From positions 1,120,001-1,184,000 of the forward strand of contig CAVTBU010000005.1 of the NCBI GenBank assembly GCA_963733035.1: a DNA stretch of 64,000 nucleotides, written 5' to 3'. The DNA comes from Pirellulales bacterium. Lineage in GTDB: Bacteria; Planctomycetota; Planctomycetia; Pirellulales; PALSA-1355. The notes below the pieces were generated by a model that was given only the letters and a program-made list of their open reading frames with translations, made no database searches and was not told where the DNA came from. The position numbers and the translations under genes were made by a program. Positions 31,411 to 42,694 of this stretch are shown here, in pieces (the first letter of the stretch is position 1; the number at the start of each line of letters is the position of its first letter).

Positions 31411-32828
31411 ATGGTTCGCTCCCACATGGCATGTCACGTGCGACTTTTGCTGGCCTGGGCCGCCGTGCTCATACTCTCGGCCGAGCAGGCTACCGCGATC
31501 ATCCGCCGTGCCGATCGAGCCGATAGTCGTTACAGGGTGCTGGCCGAGCGATTTCCTGCCGTATGTATGGTCTGCAAAGACGGCGCTCACGGCGGTTCCG
31601 GGACACTCATTGCATCACGGTGGGTCCTTACGGCTGGGCACGTGGTTGATCCATGGGAGATGCAACGCGGAGCGCGCGTGGGTTAGATCAACGGCTACGC
31701 CACAATGGTCGGTGCATTTTGGTACACACGAGTATCGTGTCACGCGCGTGATCGAGTATCCGGGATATTCCAATAAGCGCGGAGGAGTTGATCTTGCGTT
31801 GTTCGAGTTGGACCGACCGGTCGATTCCACGACGCCAGTTCCCATCTATGTTGGCAAGCATGAACTGGGACAGATGGTCACGCTGGTGGGTTTTGGCGGC
31901 TTCGATACGTTTGAGGCAGAACAGTCCGAGCGATTCGCTAACGGTGTCGCCTTCTTGGCATCGCCAACCCGTGAGCGTATCAAGCGAGCGGGAACTAATG
32001 TCATCATTTCAGTTGGAGATACAGACCAATTGATTCTACGTGTTGATCCGCCGGAATCTGCAACCGAGCTCGAAGCTTCCGTCGCCGGCGGTGATAGCGG
32101 CGGTCCGGCGCTGCTGCCAGTTAACGGCAAAATGTACCTAGCGGGGGTAATATCCTCGATGGCGGACCACCGCCCGGCGTCCGAAGATCGAGCCGGAGTT
32201 TATGGCGCTCGCTTCGAGGTAAAGCGCGTGTCGAGTTTTGCGCGCTGGATCGAGGACACAACTGGCGAGCGCTTCGGCGCGGTAAGGTACGATCGAAACG
32301 CCGCGGCAGTTGGGCTCGTTTTGCTCGTGGCCGTCTCAGGGTATTTCTGGTTAGCGCGGCGGTTGGGTCCTTTATTGCGCGTGCATAAAGGGGGGAAAGT
32401 GTTGTTAAAAGCGGCCTTACCGCTGACCATGGCCGGAGGCGTCGTCGCTACGGGCTACGTGGCGTGGTTCGACGTGACTTCGCCGGCTGTACTGGCCTTT
32501 GTGCCGATGGTCATGCTGTTCGCGGCCATTGGCATCCGATACGCAGCCGGCACGTTTCGTGATAAGTCGAGTAGACAAAGCTTCTTATTTGTCGGTGCGC
32601 GTACTCTTCACCATTCCGGTAACGGCGGCGGTAGGTCTCGTTGCCTTGCTTGCCACTCAGCCTGTTCAAGTGGCCGATTTGCTCGGCCTTTGGCCAGCCG
32701 CGTTCGCCCTTGGGATTGTCATCACAGCTACTGTGGAGGCGACACCATTCATCGCAAGGTGGGCTGGTTTAGTCCTCGTCACCCTGCGGAAGAGGTTCCT
32801 CCGGGCCTACCAATCTTCGGCCATGTAA
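31411..32828 (+). pseudogene. Trypsin-like serine protease with C-terminal TM helices; frameshifts near 31680 and 32590
   Basis: Signal peptide, LTAGH (ORF 31162), DLAL and GDSGGP (ORF 31376), TM tail (ORF 32499). Confidence 0.75.
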
Positions 32829-33115
32829 CTCGTAACGCAGCGATTCTCGGAACTGGCGGTGCGCTTTGTCCGCCGAGCCATGCTGCCGCACAGCATCGAA
32901 GCCGCGAGAGCATCAAACCAGCAGACCCGCATCGAATCATAGCACCAACGATCACAGCACACCGGATCGTTGCGGGTGAGAAGCACGACGGCATGATGGC
33001 GAACCGCCGCGTCACCCGGTTTGTAAAACATCCCATCGCGTGTCGATAGGGGTAAGCAGGGTGCGCCGGCACAAGGCTTGGTTCGGATCGAAGATTTGAC
33101 CCCACCCCCATCCGG

Positions 33116-33319
33116 TCAACGACGCGGAGCCAGGTCCAGGTCGAGATACTGGCACAGCTTCGCGGCGGTGTCCAAGCTGATGCCACGTTCGCCGTTGATG
33201 AAGCGGTTCAAGACCGACTGGCTGATGCCGGTTGCCTGGGCGATGGCGTACTGAGTCTCGCCAGTGCGCTTTATGGTTTGTTGCAATTGCTCGACGACAG
33301 ATCGTGCTTTGGGCGTGAT
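33116..33319 (-). CDS. XRE/HTH_3 DNA-binding protein (no canonical start codon)
   Basis: Manual translation ITPKARSVVEQLQQTIKRTGETQYAIAQATGISQSVLNRFINGERGISLDTAAKLCQYLDLDLAPRR*. Confidence 0.75.
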   Translation of the reverse strand: MTPKARSVVEQLQQTIKRTGETQYAIAQATGISQSVLNRFINGERGISLDTAAKLCQYLDLDLAPRR

Positions 33320-33412
33320 GCTGCGATCTTCCGTTGGAGAATGCGAGCAACAACCTCTTGAAATTCAAAAAGTTGGCATTGGTTGTCATGATGCATCGGA
33401 CGATGACGCGAA

Positions 33413-33486
<74 letters not shown>

Positions 33487-33612
33487 GAAGGCGTTTTCAA
33501 ATATAGCGGTTGGCGATGTGCGCGGACAGATGGTGTCGAGTTCTACTGGCGAAACGTAATCGCTGCACAGCGTTCTGAAACGAACCGCGACGAAGCAATC
33601 TCGCGCTGGCCG

Positions 33613-35514
33613 CTACTCGACCGTTACGCTCTTGGCCAGATTGCGGGGTTTGTCGACGTCGCAGCCTCGGAGGACGGCGATGTGGTAGGCGAGCAATTGC
33701 AGCGGGATGATCGACACGATCGGCTGCAGGAAGTCGTCGACGGGGGGCACTTCGATCACGTCGTCGGCCAGATCGGCCACGCGCGTGTCTCCCTCGCCTA
33801 CGATGGCGATCACCGGGCCGCCGCGGGCCTTGATCTCCTCGAGGTTCGACATCACTTTGTCGTAGACGAACCCTTGCGGAATGATGATTACGCTGGGTGT
33901 GTGCTGGTCGACCAATGCGATCGGGCCATGCTTCATTTCGGCCGCCGGATAGCCTTCGGCGTGGATGTAACTGATTTCCTTGAGCTTCAGGGCCCCTTCC
34001 AGCGCGGTGGGAAAGTTGAATTGACGTCCCAGGTAGAGAAAGTTCGTGCAGTGGCAATACTTGCCGGCGATCTGCCGCACGGCGTCGCTGGTTTGCAAGG
34101 CGCGGGCCACCATTTCCGGCAGTTGCTGCAAGCGCTCGATGATTCGCATGCCGGCGTCAAAGCCAACGTTCCGCATGCGGCCAAAATAGAGCGCAAGCAT
34201 CGCCAGCACGACGCATTGCGAAGTGAACGCCTTGGTGGAAGCCACGCCAATTTCCGGCCCCGCGTGCAGGTAGATGCCGCCGTCTGCCGCCTGGGCAATT
34301 GAACTACCTACGACGTTACAAATGGCCAGGGTCGGATGTCCCTTGCGTTTCATTTCGCGCAGGGCTGCCAAGGTGTCGGCGGTTTCGCCGCTCTGCGTAA
34401 TGGCGAACAACAGCGTGTTGCTGTCGAGCGGCGGGTTGCGATAGCGCAGCTCGCTGGCGTATTCCACCTCGACCGGAATCTGGGCGATCTCTTCGATCAT
34501 ATATTCGCCCACCAGCGCCGCGTGCCAGCTCGTGCCGCAGGCCGTGAGCAGAATGCGATTGACGGACCGCAGTTGTTGCGGCGACAGGTTCAGGCCGCCG
34601 AATACGGCCGTGGCCTCGTCGAGGCTCAAACGACCTCGCATCGAATTGCGGATGGTCTCGGGCTGCTCGAAGATTTCCTTGAGCATGTAATGCGGATAGC
34701 CGTCGAGCGACACGGCGTCGGCCGTCATTTCGAGCACGCTCACCTGATGTTGGATGTGTCCCTGGTCGCGATCGATGACCCGCAGCGCGTCGGCCGTGAT
34801 TACGGCGATCTGATGATCTGCGAGGTAGACGATTTGCTCGGTATGACCGGCCAGCGGCGATGCGTCGCTGGCGATGATGTGCTCGTCATCTCCCACACCG
34901 ACCACCAACGGACTGCCAAGCCGCGCGGCGATTACCACGTCGGGATAGTCGCGAAAGACGACCGCCAGTCCGTAGGTGCCCTGCAATTGGGCCACGGCCT
35001 GTCGAACGGCTTCGGCCAGGGGCCGATGGCGCGGTTCGATCCAACCATCGTCGTCGGATTCGAGCGTTTCTTGTTGTTCGGCGGCCAGCGCAAGTTGCTC
35101 TTCCAGGCAAGTGGCGATCAGATGAGCAATCACCTCGGTGTCGGTGGCCGATTGGAATACGCAACCCTCGTCTTCCAACCGCTGCTTGATCTGCCGGAAA
35201 TTCTCAATCACGCCGTTGTGAACCACGGCCACGGTCGCGGCGCGACCCAAATGCGGGTGAGCGTTGGCATCGGTAGCCGGGCCATGCGTCGCCCAGCGTG
35301 TGTGCCCAATGCCGATGTGCCCTGGCGAGGGGTGTTTGACAAGCTGCTGGACCAGATTGTCGAGTCGACCGGCCCGCTTGGTGACTAGCAGTTCGCCGTC
35401 GTTGATCGTGGCGATGCCGGCACTGTCGTAGCCGCGATATTCGAGCCGCCGGAGTCCTTCGATGAGATAGGGGACCGCGTCGCGCGGACCGATGTAACCG
35501 ACGATTCCACACAT
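33613..35514 (-). CDS. glmS: Glutamine--fructose-6-phosphate transaminase
   Basis: MCGIVG start, LEYRGYDSAG, GHTRWATHG, SQ/TQSGET, PRNLAKSVTVE. Confidence 0.98.
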   Translation of the reverse strand: MCGIVGYIGPRDAVPYLIEGLRRLEYRGYDSAGIATINDGELLVTKRAGRLDNLVQQLVKHPSPGHIGIGHTRWATHGPATDANAHPHLGRAATVAVVHNGVIENFRQIKQRLEDEGCVFQSATDTEVIAHLIATCLEEQLALAAEQQETLESDDDGWIEPRHRPLAEAVRQAVAQLQGTYGLAVVFRDYPDVVIAARLGSPLVVGVGDDEHIIASDASPLAGHTEQIVYLADHQIAVITADALRVIDRDQGHIQHQVSVLEMTADAVSLDGYPHYMLKEIFEQPETIRNSMRGRLSLDEATAVFGGLNLSPQQLRSVNRILLTACGTSWHAALVGEYMIEEIAQIPVEVEYASELRYRNPPLDSNTLLFAITQSGETADTLAALREMKRKGHPTLAICNVVGSSIAQAADGGIYLHAGPEIGVASTKAFTSQCVVLAMLALYFGRMRNVGFDAGMRIIERLQQLPEMVARALQTSDAVRQIAGKYCHCTNFLYLGRQFNFPTALEGALKLKEISYIHAEGYPAAEMKHGPIALVDQHTPSVIIIPQGFVYDKVMSNLEEIKARGGPVIAIVGEGDTRVADLADDVIEVPPVDDFLQPIVSIIPLQLLAYHIAVLRGCDVDKPRNLAKSVTVE

Positions 35515-35816
35515 GACGAGCGGACTCCTTAACTGGGCGAAGTGCCGACCGGCTATCTGAGCTTGCAGGGAAGCCGTTGTGCCGACGCGACCAGGTACAC
35601 CTAAGTCGAACGCCAGTTGGGCATTATTGGGGCATTGAGTAACGCCCAATCCTAGCATACGCAGACGATCGTTCCGCAGCCAGAGCGATGGCGCGGCCCG
35701 AGCCGTGGTCGAGGCACCTGCTCACCCCCCGCCAAACCGGTCTTTCAAGAAGCCTTGTTGATCGGCTACAAGCAAGCCCCAAATAATCCGCACGACCAGC
35801 ACTGGGCCCTGCCAGC

Positions 35817-36599
35817 ATGTCGCAAGCGTCACCGCAACTACGCGTTCATTCGACCAGTTACGTGGTTATTCCGGCCCGACTGGCCTCCACGCGGCTCCCT
35901 CGCAAGTTGCTGCTGGCCGAAACGGGCAAGCCGCTGGTGCAACACACCTATGAAGCGGCCGCGCGGGCCACGAAACCGACGGGGCTGATCGTGGCGGCCG
36001 ATCACGAAGAGATTGCCGCGGCCGTGCGCCGATTCGGGGGCGAGGTGCAAATGACCAGCCCCGACTGCGCCAGCGGCACGGACCGAGTTGCCGAAGTCGC
36101 TCGCCAGTTAGACGACGTCGATATTCTGGTCAACGTGCAAGGCGACGAGCCGGAACTTCCAGGCACGTCGATCGATCTGGCCGTTGAACTGCTGGAAGCC
36201 AATCCGGACATGGTCATGTCGACGCTCGCCACGCCGATTCGCGACCGCCGCGTTCTCGAGGACCCGTCGTGCGTCAAGGTGGTGTTCGACAGTCGCGGCA
36301 AGGCCCTTTACTTCAGCCGCAGCCCGATTCCGCACGCCCGCGACTGGCACGACGAACTGCTCGACGCCGAACCTCCGCATTTCCATCTTCACATTGGACT
36401 TTACGCCTACCGCCGCGATTTTCTGCTCCAACTGGCCGGCCTGGCCCGCACGCCACTGGAAAAGCTCGAAAACCTCGAACAGCTTCGAGTGCTGGAAAAC
36501 GGTTACTCGATTGGCGTGGGCGTCGTTGAAGAACGGACCGTGGGCATCGATACGCCCGAGGATTATCGGGCGTTTGTCAATCGAGCCCGGCTGCGTTAA
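35817..36599 (+). CDS. kdsB: 3-deoxy-manno-octulosonate cytidylyltransferase
   Basis: IPARLASTRLP.K, SGTDR, NVQGDEP, HIGLYAY, LEQLR motifs. Confidence 0.95.
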   Translation: MSQASPQLRVHSTSYVVIPARLASTRLPRKLLLAETGKPLVQHTYEAAARATKPTGLIVAADHEEIAAAVRRFGGEVQMTSPDCASGTDRVAEVARQLDDVDILVNVQGDEPELPGTSIDLAVELLEANPDMVMSTLATPIRDRRVLEDPSCVKVVFDSRGKALYFSRSPIPHARDWHDELLDAEPPHFHLHIGLYAYRRDFLLQLAGLARTPLEKLENLEQLRVLENGYSIGVGVVEERTVGIDTPEDYRAFVNRARLR

Positions 36600-36749
36600 G
36601 ATACGGTCCCAGGGACAAGTGCGGCCCTGGCCCCGCCTCAAGCGTCTGGCGAGTCCTTTGCCGGCGTTTTCCTTGAGTTTTTGCCGTCGCAGCTTTTCGT
36701 GTCGTAGCGCGCCCGAGGGACAATATTTTCTCAGCAGGATGGAATTTGC

Positions 36750-38378
36750 ATGACCAAACACATCTTCGTTACCGGGGGCGTCGTCAGTTCGCTGGGCAAG
36801 GGACTGACGAGCGCTTCGATCGGCATGTTGCTCGAGCAACGTGGCCTGCGGGTACGGATGCAAAAGCTCGACCCCTACATCAACGTCGACCCCGGGACGA
36901 TGAGCCCCTATCAACACGGCGAAGTGTATGTGCTCGACGACGGCAGCGAGACCGACCTCGACCTGGGACACTACGAGCGTTTCACGCACAGCCCGCTCAC
37001 GCGCGATTCGAATTTTACGACGGGCCAGATCTACCTGTCGGTGATCAACAAGGAGCGGCGTGGCGAGTTCCTGGGAAAGACCGTGCAGGTGATTCCGCAC
37101 ATCACCAACGAGATCAAGAATTGCATCCGCAAGCTGGCCGACGACGACGTGGACGTGGTGATTACCGAGATTGGCGGTACGGTGGGCGACATCGAAAGCC
37201 AGCCGTTCTTGGAAGCGATTCGGCAATTCTCACTGGACGTGGGCAAGCGTAATTGCCTTTACATTCATCTCACGCTGGTGCCGTATCTGAAGGCGGCGGG
37301 CGAATTGAAGACCAAGCCCACGCAGCACTCGGTCGGCCAGCTGCGCGAAATTGGTATCCAGCCCGATGTGTTGGTTTGCCGCACGGAACGTTCGTTGCGC
37401 GCGAAGACCGCGAAAAGATTGCCTTGTTCTGCAATGTGCCGATTGCTGCCGTGATCGAAGAAAAGGACAAGGACTTCTCGATCTACGAAGTGCCTCTGAG
37501 CTTGACGGAAAACAAGCTCGATGAATTGATCGTCGAGCAGTTGAACCTCCCGGCCGAAAACCTCGACCTGGACCGCTGGCGCGACTTGATTCATACGATG
37601 CGCAATCCCGAGCATGAGATCTCGATCGCCGTGGTAGGCAAGTATGCCGAGCACCGCGACGCCTACAAGTCGATCTACGAAGCCCTGGACCACGCCGGCA
37701 TCGACCACCGCTGCCAAGTCCGCGTGCAACGCATCCAGAGCGAAGCGATCGAGCAGGAAGGGCCCGAGCGACTGCTATCCGGATACGATGGTTTGCTGGT
37801 GCCGGGCGGCTTCGGCGAGCGTGGGATCGAGGGCAAGGTTGAAGCAATTCGGTTTGCCCGCGAGCGGGATATCCCATTTTTTGGGATCTGCCTAGGGATG
37901 CAGTGCGCGGCGATCGAGTTTGCCCGGCACGTTGTCGGCCTGGACGGAGCGCATTCGACCGAATTCAGCAAAGACACACCGCACCCGATAATCTGCTTGT
38001 TGGACGAACAAAAGACGATCACCGATAAAGGGGGCACGATGCGGTTGGGAGCACAACCGGCGACACCTCGAGGCAGGCAGCAAAGCGGCCTCGGCCTACG
38101 GAAGGCAAGTCATCAGCGAGCGACATCGGCATCGTTACGAGTTCAACAATCTTTACCGCCAGCAGTTTTCGGCCAATGGCCTGCGATTCTCCGGCACGAG
38201 CCCCGATGGTTCGTTGGTCGAGATCATCGAATTGGAACAGCACCCCTGGTTCGTTGCCGTGCAGTTCCATCCCGAGTTCAAGTCGAAGCCCACCAGTGCC
38301 CATCCCTTGTTCGCCGGCTTCATTGGGGCCGCCCTCGAGAGGCATCTTTCAAGGGGCTCGGTGACACAGCGGGCGTGA
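36750..38378 (+). CDS. pyrG: CTP synthase, frameshifts near 37397 and 38066
   Basis: [43 protein letters not shown] and QFHPEF spread over three frames. Confidence 0.95.
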
Positions 38379-38584
38379 CTCGTTCGGCCGGCGAGGGAGC
38401 CTTCGCCGGCCACTTCACGATCATTCGATTGAAAAACGCCATGCCCGGCAGTTGGTGTGTTTGGGCTTCCGTGCCAAACATTGGCCCGTTCCCTGGGACT
38501 TGCATTTCCCACATCGGGTCACACGGGCAGGAAAATCTACACTGTGAATCCCTAACTGCCGGGCATGGTCGTTCTGTGCGGTGA

Positions 38585-39070
38585 TTAGCTCGACAGCTTG
38601 TCAAAGAGCTGCCGAAAATCGGGCATGCGTGCTTCCAGGTAGGCTAGCCAGGCCGGCGGATGCCAAATCTCCACGCATACGCCAGCGCCGACCACGATCA
38701 CATCAGCTCCTTGTTCAGCTCCCAAGAACTCGCGAAATCCTTCTGGTATCGACAGCCGGCCGCGGCCCGCCAGCTGGACGATTCGATGCCTCGTGGAAAG
38801 CAATCGCCCCAGAAGCTGCACTTCCTCGAGCCGCCCTTCGAGTCGCCCGGCCTGCATCTTGCTCTGCACCAGCGTCACACCAGCATCGAGTCGCTGCTGC
38901 CAATGCGATGCATTCCACAGACTCAAACAGCCCGGACGTTCCTTGGCCAGAATGCAATCGGCGCCGCCCGTCAGCAGCGGGTCGACCAACTCGGCTGGAA
39001 TCGAGAGGCGATGCCGTTCGTCGAGCGTTCGCGGAAACTCGCCGAGGATGAAGTCCTGCGATGCGGGCAT
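38585..39070 (-). CDS. mraZ: MraZ family transcriptional regulator (orphan)
   Basis: Two SpoVT/AbrB repeats: LDERHRLSIP and GRGRLSIP...VGAG..VEIW. Confidence 0.85.
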   Translation of the reverse strand: MPASQDFILGEFPRTLDERHRLSIPAELVDPLLTGGADCILAKERPGCLSLWNASHWQQRLDAGVTLVQSKMQAGRLEGRLEEVQLLGRLLSTRHRIVQLAGRGRLSIPEGFREFLGAEQGADVIVVGAGVCVEIWHPPAWLAYLEARMPDFRQLFDKLSS

Positions 39071-39460
39071 GCTGGGGCGGGTTCCGAAATAATGTCGTGG
39101 GCAAATTTCCCATGTTTTAGTTCAGCTAGAGCCATCCTTGGGCATGATTCCCACGGAATCGGAGTTTATCAATCTTCATTGCCTTTGCAAGCGCCTGCCG
39201 GAGATTTTTTCGCTCGATCGAGGCAGTCCGTCGCGGGGCACAGGAAACGGAAAATCCGCAATGGCGCTGGAGATTGCTAGCAAACGGCGCGTGGGTTGGC
39301 AAATTTCCTCGCCAACTTGGCGTTGGCGAGGTTCACGGGCTTGCGTTAAAGTTCGCCGCCCCGGGCCGGCGTCCTATTGGGAGTAAACTCGCACGCGCTT
39401 CGACGGGACCATTAAGCAAAAACTCAACGCAACAACCAATCACGTCTTCCGAGGCCGCGT

Positions 39461-40720
39461 GTGCCGCAAGACCAACGAATCTCCGACCGCGTTGTCATCA
39501 CCGGAATCGGCCTTACGGCCTCGGTTGGCGATGATCGCGAAAGCGTTTGGCGGGCCGTGCGCAACGGCCAAAGTGCGATGCGCCGCCTGAGCGGGCTGAC
39601 CGGAATTCCAGACGGCTTGTTGATCGGTGCGCCGGTGGACATCGCGTTGTCGAGCCCCGACAAGTTGAAGGTCTTGGCGTTGTGCGAACGGGTGTCCGAT
39701 GAAGCGATGGCCGATGCGCGAATCGAAACCGGGGCGGTTGATCCGGCATGCTTTGGCTGTGCCGTGAGCGCGCACATGGGTGACATGCGGGGCCTGGTCG
39801 AGCAATTTGGTTGCGCGCACCTGAACCCGCCAACCACGATTCCGTGGCGGAACCAGTGGTTGCCCAACACGGCCTGCTCGGAAACGGGCAATCGACACAA
39901 CCTCATGGGGCCACGTCTGAGCCACTCGACGGCGTGTGCCAGCGGATTGATCGCCGTGTTGACGGCCGTGCGCGCGATTCAAGACGGGCAATGCGACCTG
40001 GCGCTGGCCGGCAGCGCCGAGGCGATTACACCGTTGTTCGCCGCTGGCTTTCACCAGATGAAGGTCCTCGCCGATCATGACGATCCCGGCCAGGCTTGCC
40101 GGCCGTTCGATCTCGATCGGCATGGCTTCGTGATGGGTGAAGGGGCGGCGATGTTTGTGCTCGAGCGGCTCAGTCATGCCGTTGCCCGCGGAGCGAAAAT
40201 CTATGCCGAGGTCGCCGGCGGTCGCCTGCTGGCGATGGCCCACCACGTCACCGGACTTGACTCGGAAAGCGACGCGCTTGCGCATCTCATCCGCGAAACC
40301 TTGCGGGTCTCGCGGCTGAGCCCACACGACATCGGCTACATCAACGTGCATGGCACGGCGACCCAGCAAAACGACGTCGCCGAAGCGAAAGCGATTCGCC
40401 GGGCCATGGGCCGGGCCGCCGACTCGCTCTGCGCGAGCGCGACGAAGTCGATCCTGGGGCATCTGATCAACGCGGCCGGAAGCGTGGAACTGGCTATCAC
40501 GGCGTTGGCGATGCGAGACGGCTTCGTCCCGCCGACGCTCAACCTGACCCGGCCCGATCCGCAGTGCGACCTGGACTGCATCCCCCTGGTGGGTCGCAAG
40601 AACCAATTCGTCTCCGCACTGAAGCTCTCGGTCGCGTTCGGTGGGACGCTGGCCGCGGTGGCACTGACTCGGCCGGACGATGCGAGTGCGGTTCGCCGAC
40701 CGATGTCCCTGGCGGCCTAA
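39461..40720 (+). CDS. Beta-ketoacyl-ACP synthase family protein (FabF-like)
   Basis: RVVITGIG, TACASG, GFVMGEGA, HGTAT, KSILGHL, AFGG motifs. Confidence 0.9.
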   Translation: MPQDQRISDRVVITGIGLTASVGDDRESVWRAVRNGQSAMRRLSGLTGIPDGLLIGAPVDIALSSPDKLKVLALCERVSDEAMADARIETGAVDPACFGCAVSAHMGDMRGLVEQFGCAHLNPPTTIPWRNQWLPNTACSETGNRHNLMGPRLSHSTACASGLIAVLTAVRAIQDGQCDLALAGSAEAITPLFAAGFHQMKVLADHDDPGQACRPFDLDRHGFVMGEGAAMFVLERLSHAVARGAKIYAEVAGGRLLAMAHHVTGLDSESDALAHLIRETLRVSRLSPHDIGYINVHGTATQQNDVAEAKAIRRAMGRAADSLCASATKSILGHLINAAGSVELAITALAMRDGFVPPTLNLTRPDPQCDLDCIPLVGRKNQFVSALKLSVAFGGTLAAVALTRPDDASAVRRPMSLAA

Positions 40721-40819
40721 ACGGGGCGTTTAGTCGCTTGGCCCGCATTGCCGCGAGACCGTACAATGTGTGTCGAGCTAGTATCCGGCACTTTGTCCAC
40801 ACTCGGCGAGTTTAGAACG

Positions 40820-41230
40820 ATGAAACACTTGATTTACCTCGCGGTTGGCGCCGTCCTGCTGCTGTCGACCGCCGCCAACGCGGCAAATCACACGGACGAT
40901 ACGCTCGACGACGTACGGAAAAATCTGGCGGAAAAAAAGGCCGTGCTGATTGACGTGCGAGAGCCGTCGGAATGGAAACGCGGCCATTTGCAGGACGCAA
41001 CACTCGTTCCGTTAAGCGAGATACGTAAAGCCTCGAAGGACGCTAGCGTACAGAAGAAACTCGAGACAAGCCTTCCCAAGGATCGGATCATCTACTGCCA
41101 CTGTGGGAGCGGCGTTCGGGTGCTGACGGCCGCGGCCATTTTGGGCAAGCAAGGCTACGACATTCGCCCGCTGGCGTCCGGGTTCGACGATCTGGTGAAT
41201 GAGGGATTTCCAGCGGCAAAAAAACCGTGA
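40820..41230 (+). CDS. Rhodanese-like domain protein (secreted)
   Basis: Signal peptide, DVRE..EW..GH, YCHCGSGVR. Confidence 0.88.
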   Translation: MKHLIYLAVGAVLLLSTAANAANHTDDTLDDVRKNLAEKKAVLIDVREPSEWKRGHLQDATLVPLSEIRKASKDASVQKKLETSLPKDRIIYCHCGSGVRVLTAAAILGKQGYDIRPLASGFDDLVNEGFPAAKKP

Positions 41231-41383
41231 AAGACAAGCCGCCGCCTTTTGCCAAACTGCCCGAATTACCCGAGCGACATTGACCCGTTCGTGACCGGCC
41301 GATAGTATCTCGGCCCGTGTCGGACTCCGCGGTCCATTCGACGCGCAAGTGAGTCACATCGCGCCAGGGAAGGTGCTCTTGTC

Positions 41384-42656
41384 ATGGAATGGTTAACCAC
41401 GGCCTACTGGGCGGTTGTCGTGGGCGCTTCGGTTTTTTCGCTGCTGCTCACGTGGCAAGCGTTCGAACATCGGCGCGACGCTGCGCAGCCGCTCGAAGCA
41501 GCTCCCCGGAAACCATCGCAAGCACATTCGCATGTTTGTGCCTTGCAAGGATCTCGACGGCGACTTGGATGCGAACCTGAAGCCGCTCTTCGAGCAGGAT
41601 CAGGGGGATTACGATATCGTCTTTGTCGTGGAAAGCGAAAGCGATTCCGCCGCCCCGGTCGTTCGCCGCCTGATGCGGCAATATCCGGGGATTCCATCAC
41701 GACTCGTGGTGGCAGGAATCTCCACCGATAGCGGTCAAAAGGTTCACAACCTGATGGTCGCCACGGAGGACCTGCCCGCGAACGTCGAGATTCTGGTGTT
41801 TGTGGACGCCGACGTGCGGCCACCACGCAACTGGTTGCAACGGCTCACAGGGCGGCTGAACAACGTCGCGGTTTGTACCGGCTACCGCTGCTTCGTGCCG
41901 AAACGCAACACGTTCGCCAATCTCGCGCTCTCGAGTATCAACAGCGCCGTCGTGCCCATCATGTTCCCGGGCAAGCACCATCTGATCTGGGGAGGTTCCT
42001 GGGCGATCACGCGTGAGCTGTTTCAAGTCAGCGGCCTGCGGGAAGAATGGCGTGGAACGCTGAGCGACGACCTGATTGCCACCCGCGTGATGGCGCGCGT
42101 CGGGCAACGGGTAGCGGCCGAACCGATGTGTATTCTGCCGTCGCCGCTGGACGTCAATCTGTTTGGCATGTTGAGCTTCATTCGCAGACAGCTGATCATC
42201 GGAAGGTGCTATACGGCGGTCCATTGGTACGCGTTGCTGTTTGGCTGCGGGATGATGCAGTTCATTTTTTGGGGGAGCCTGGCGGCCGCGATGTGGGGCG
42301 GCATTTCGGCGGCTGCCTGGACCTGGCAACCGGCCACTGCGGTTGGAATTCTGTATGCGCTGCATATCGGCCGCGCTCAACTCCGTCATGCCGCGGCGCG
42401 GTGCTACCTGCGTGATCGCCGGGACGATTTGCGCAGCGTCCATCAGTTCGATACCTGGTTCGGCCCGCTGGCGGGCGCCCTCGGATGGCTGGGCCTGCTG
42501 GCCTCGGCCTTCAGTCGGCGAATCGTCTGGAAGGGGATTACTTATCAGATGCGTCCCGGGGGAGAGATCGTGAGCATTGTGCGGCCGGATGGCAATCGGA
42601 CGGTCGCCGCGATCTGTCGGCCGGCGGCGTCGCTTGGGACTCGCAAAGCTGCTTGA
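41384..42656 (+). CDS. GT2/GT21 glycosyltransferase (ceramide glucosyltransferase/HpnI-like), frameshifted near 41475
   Basis: N-terminal TM, PCK, QKVHNL, DAD, WGGS, SDD, RRQ, IVWKGITY. Confidence 0.8.
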
Positions 42657-42694
42657 ACAATTTTTCAGACCTGCACGGCGGAAAGGACTCCCCG

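Noticed and set aside
35515..35816. glmS ribozyme
   Set aside because: Conserved core motifs not seen
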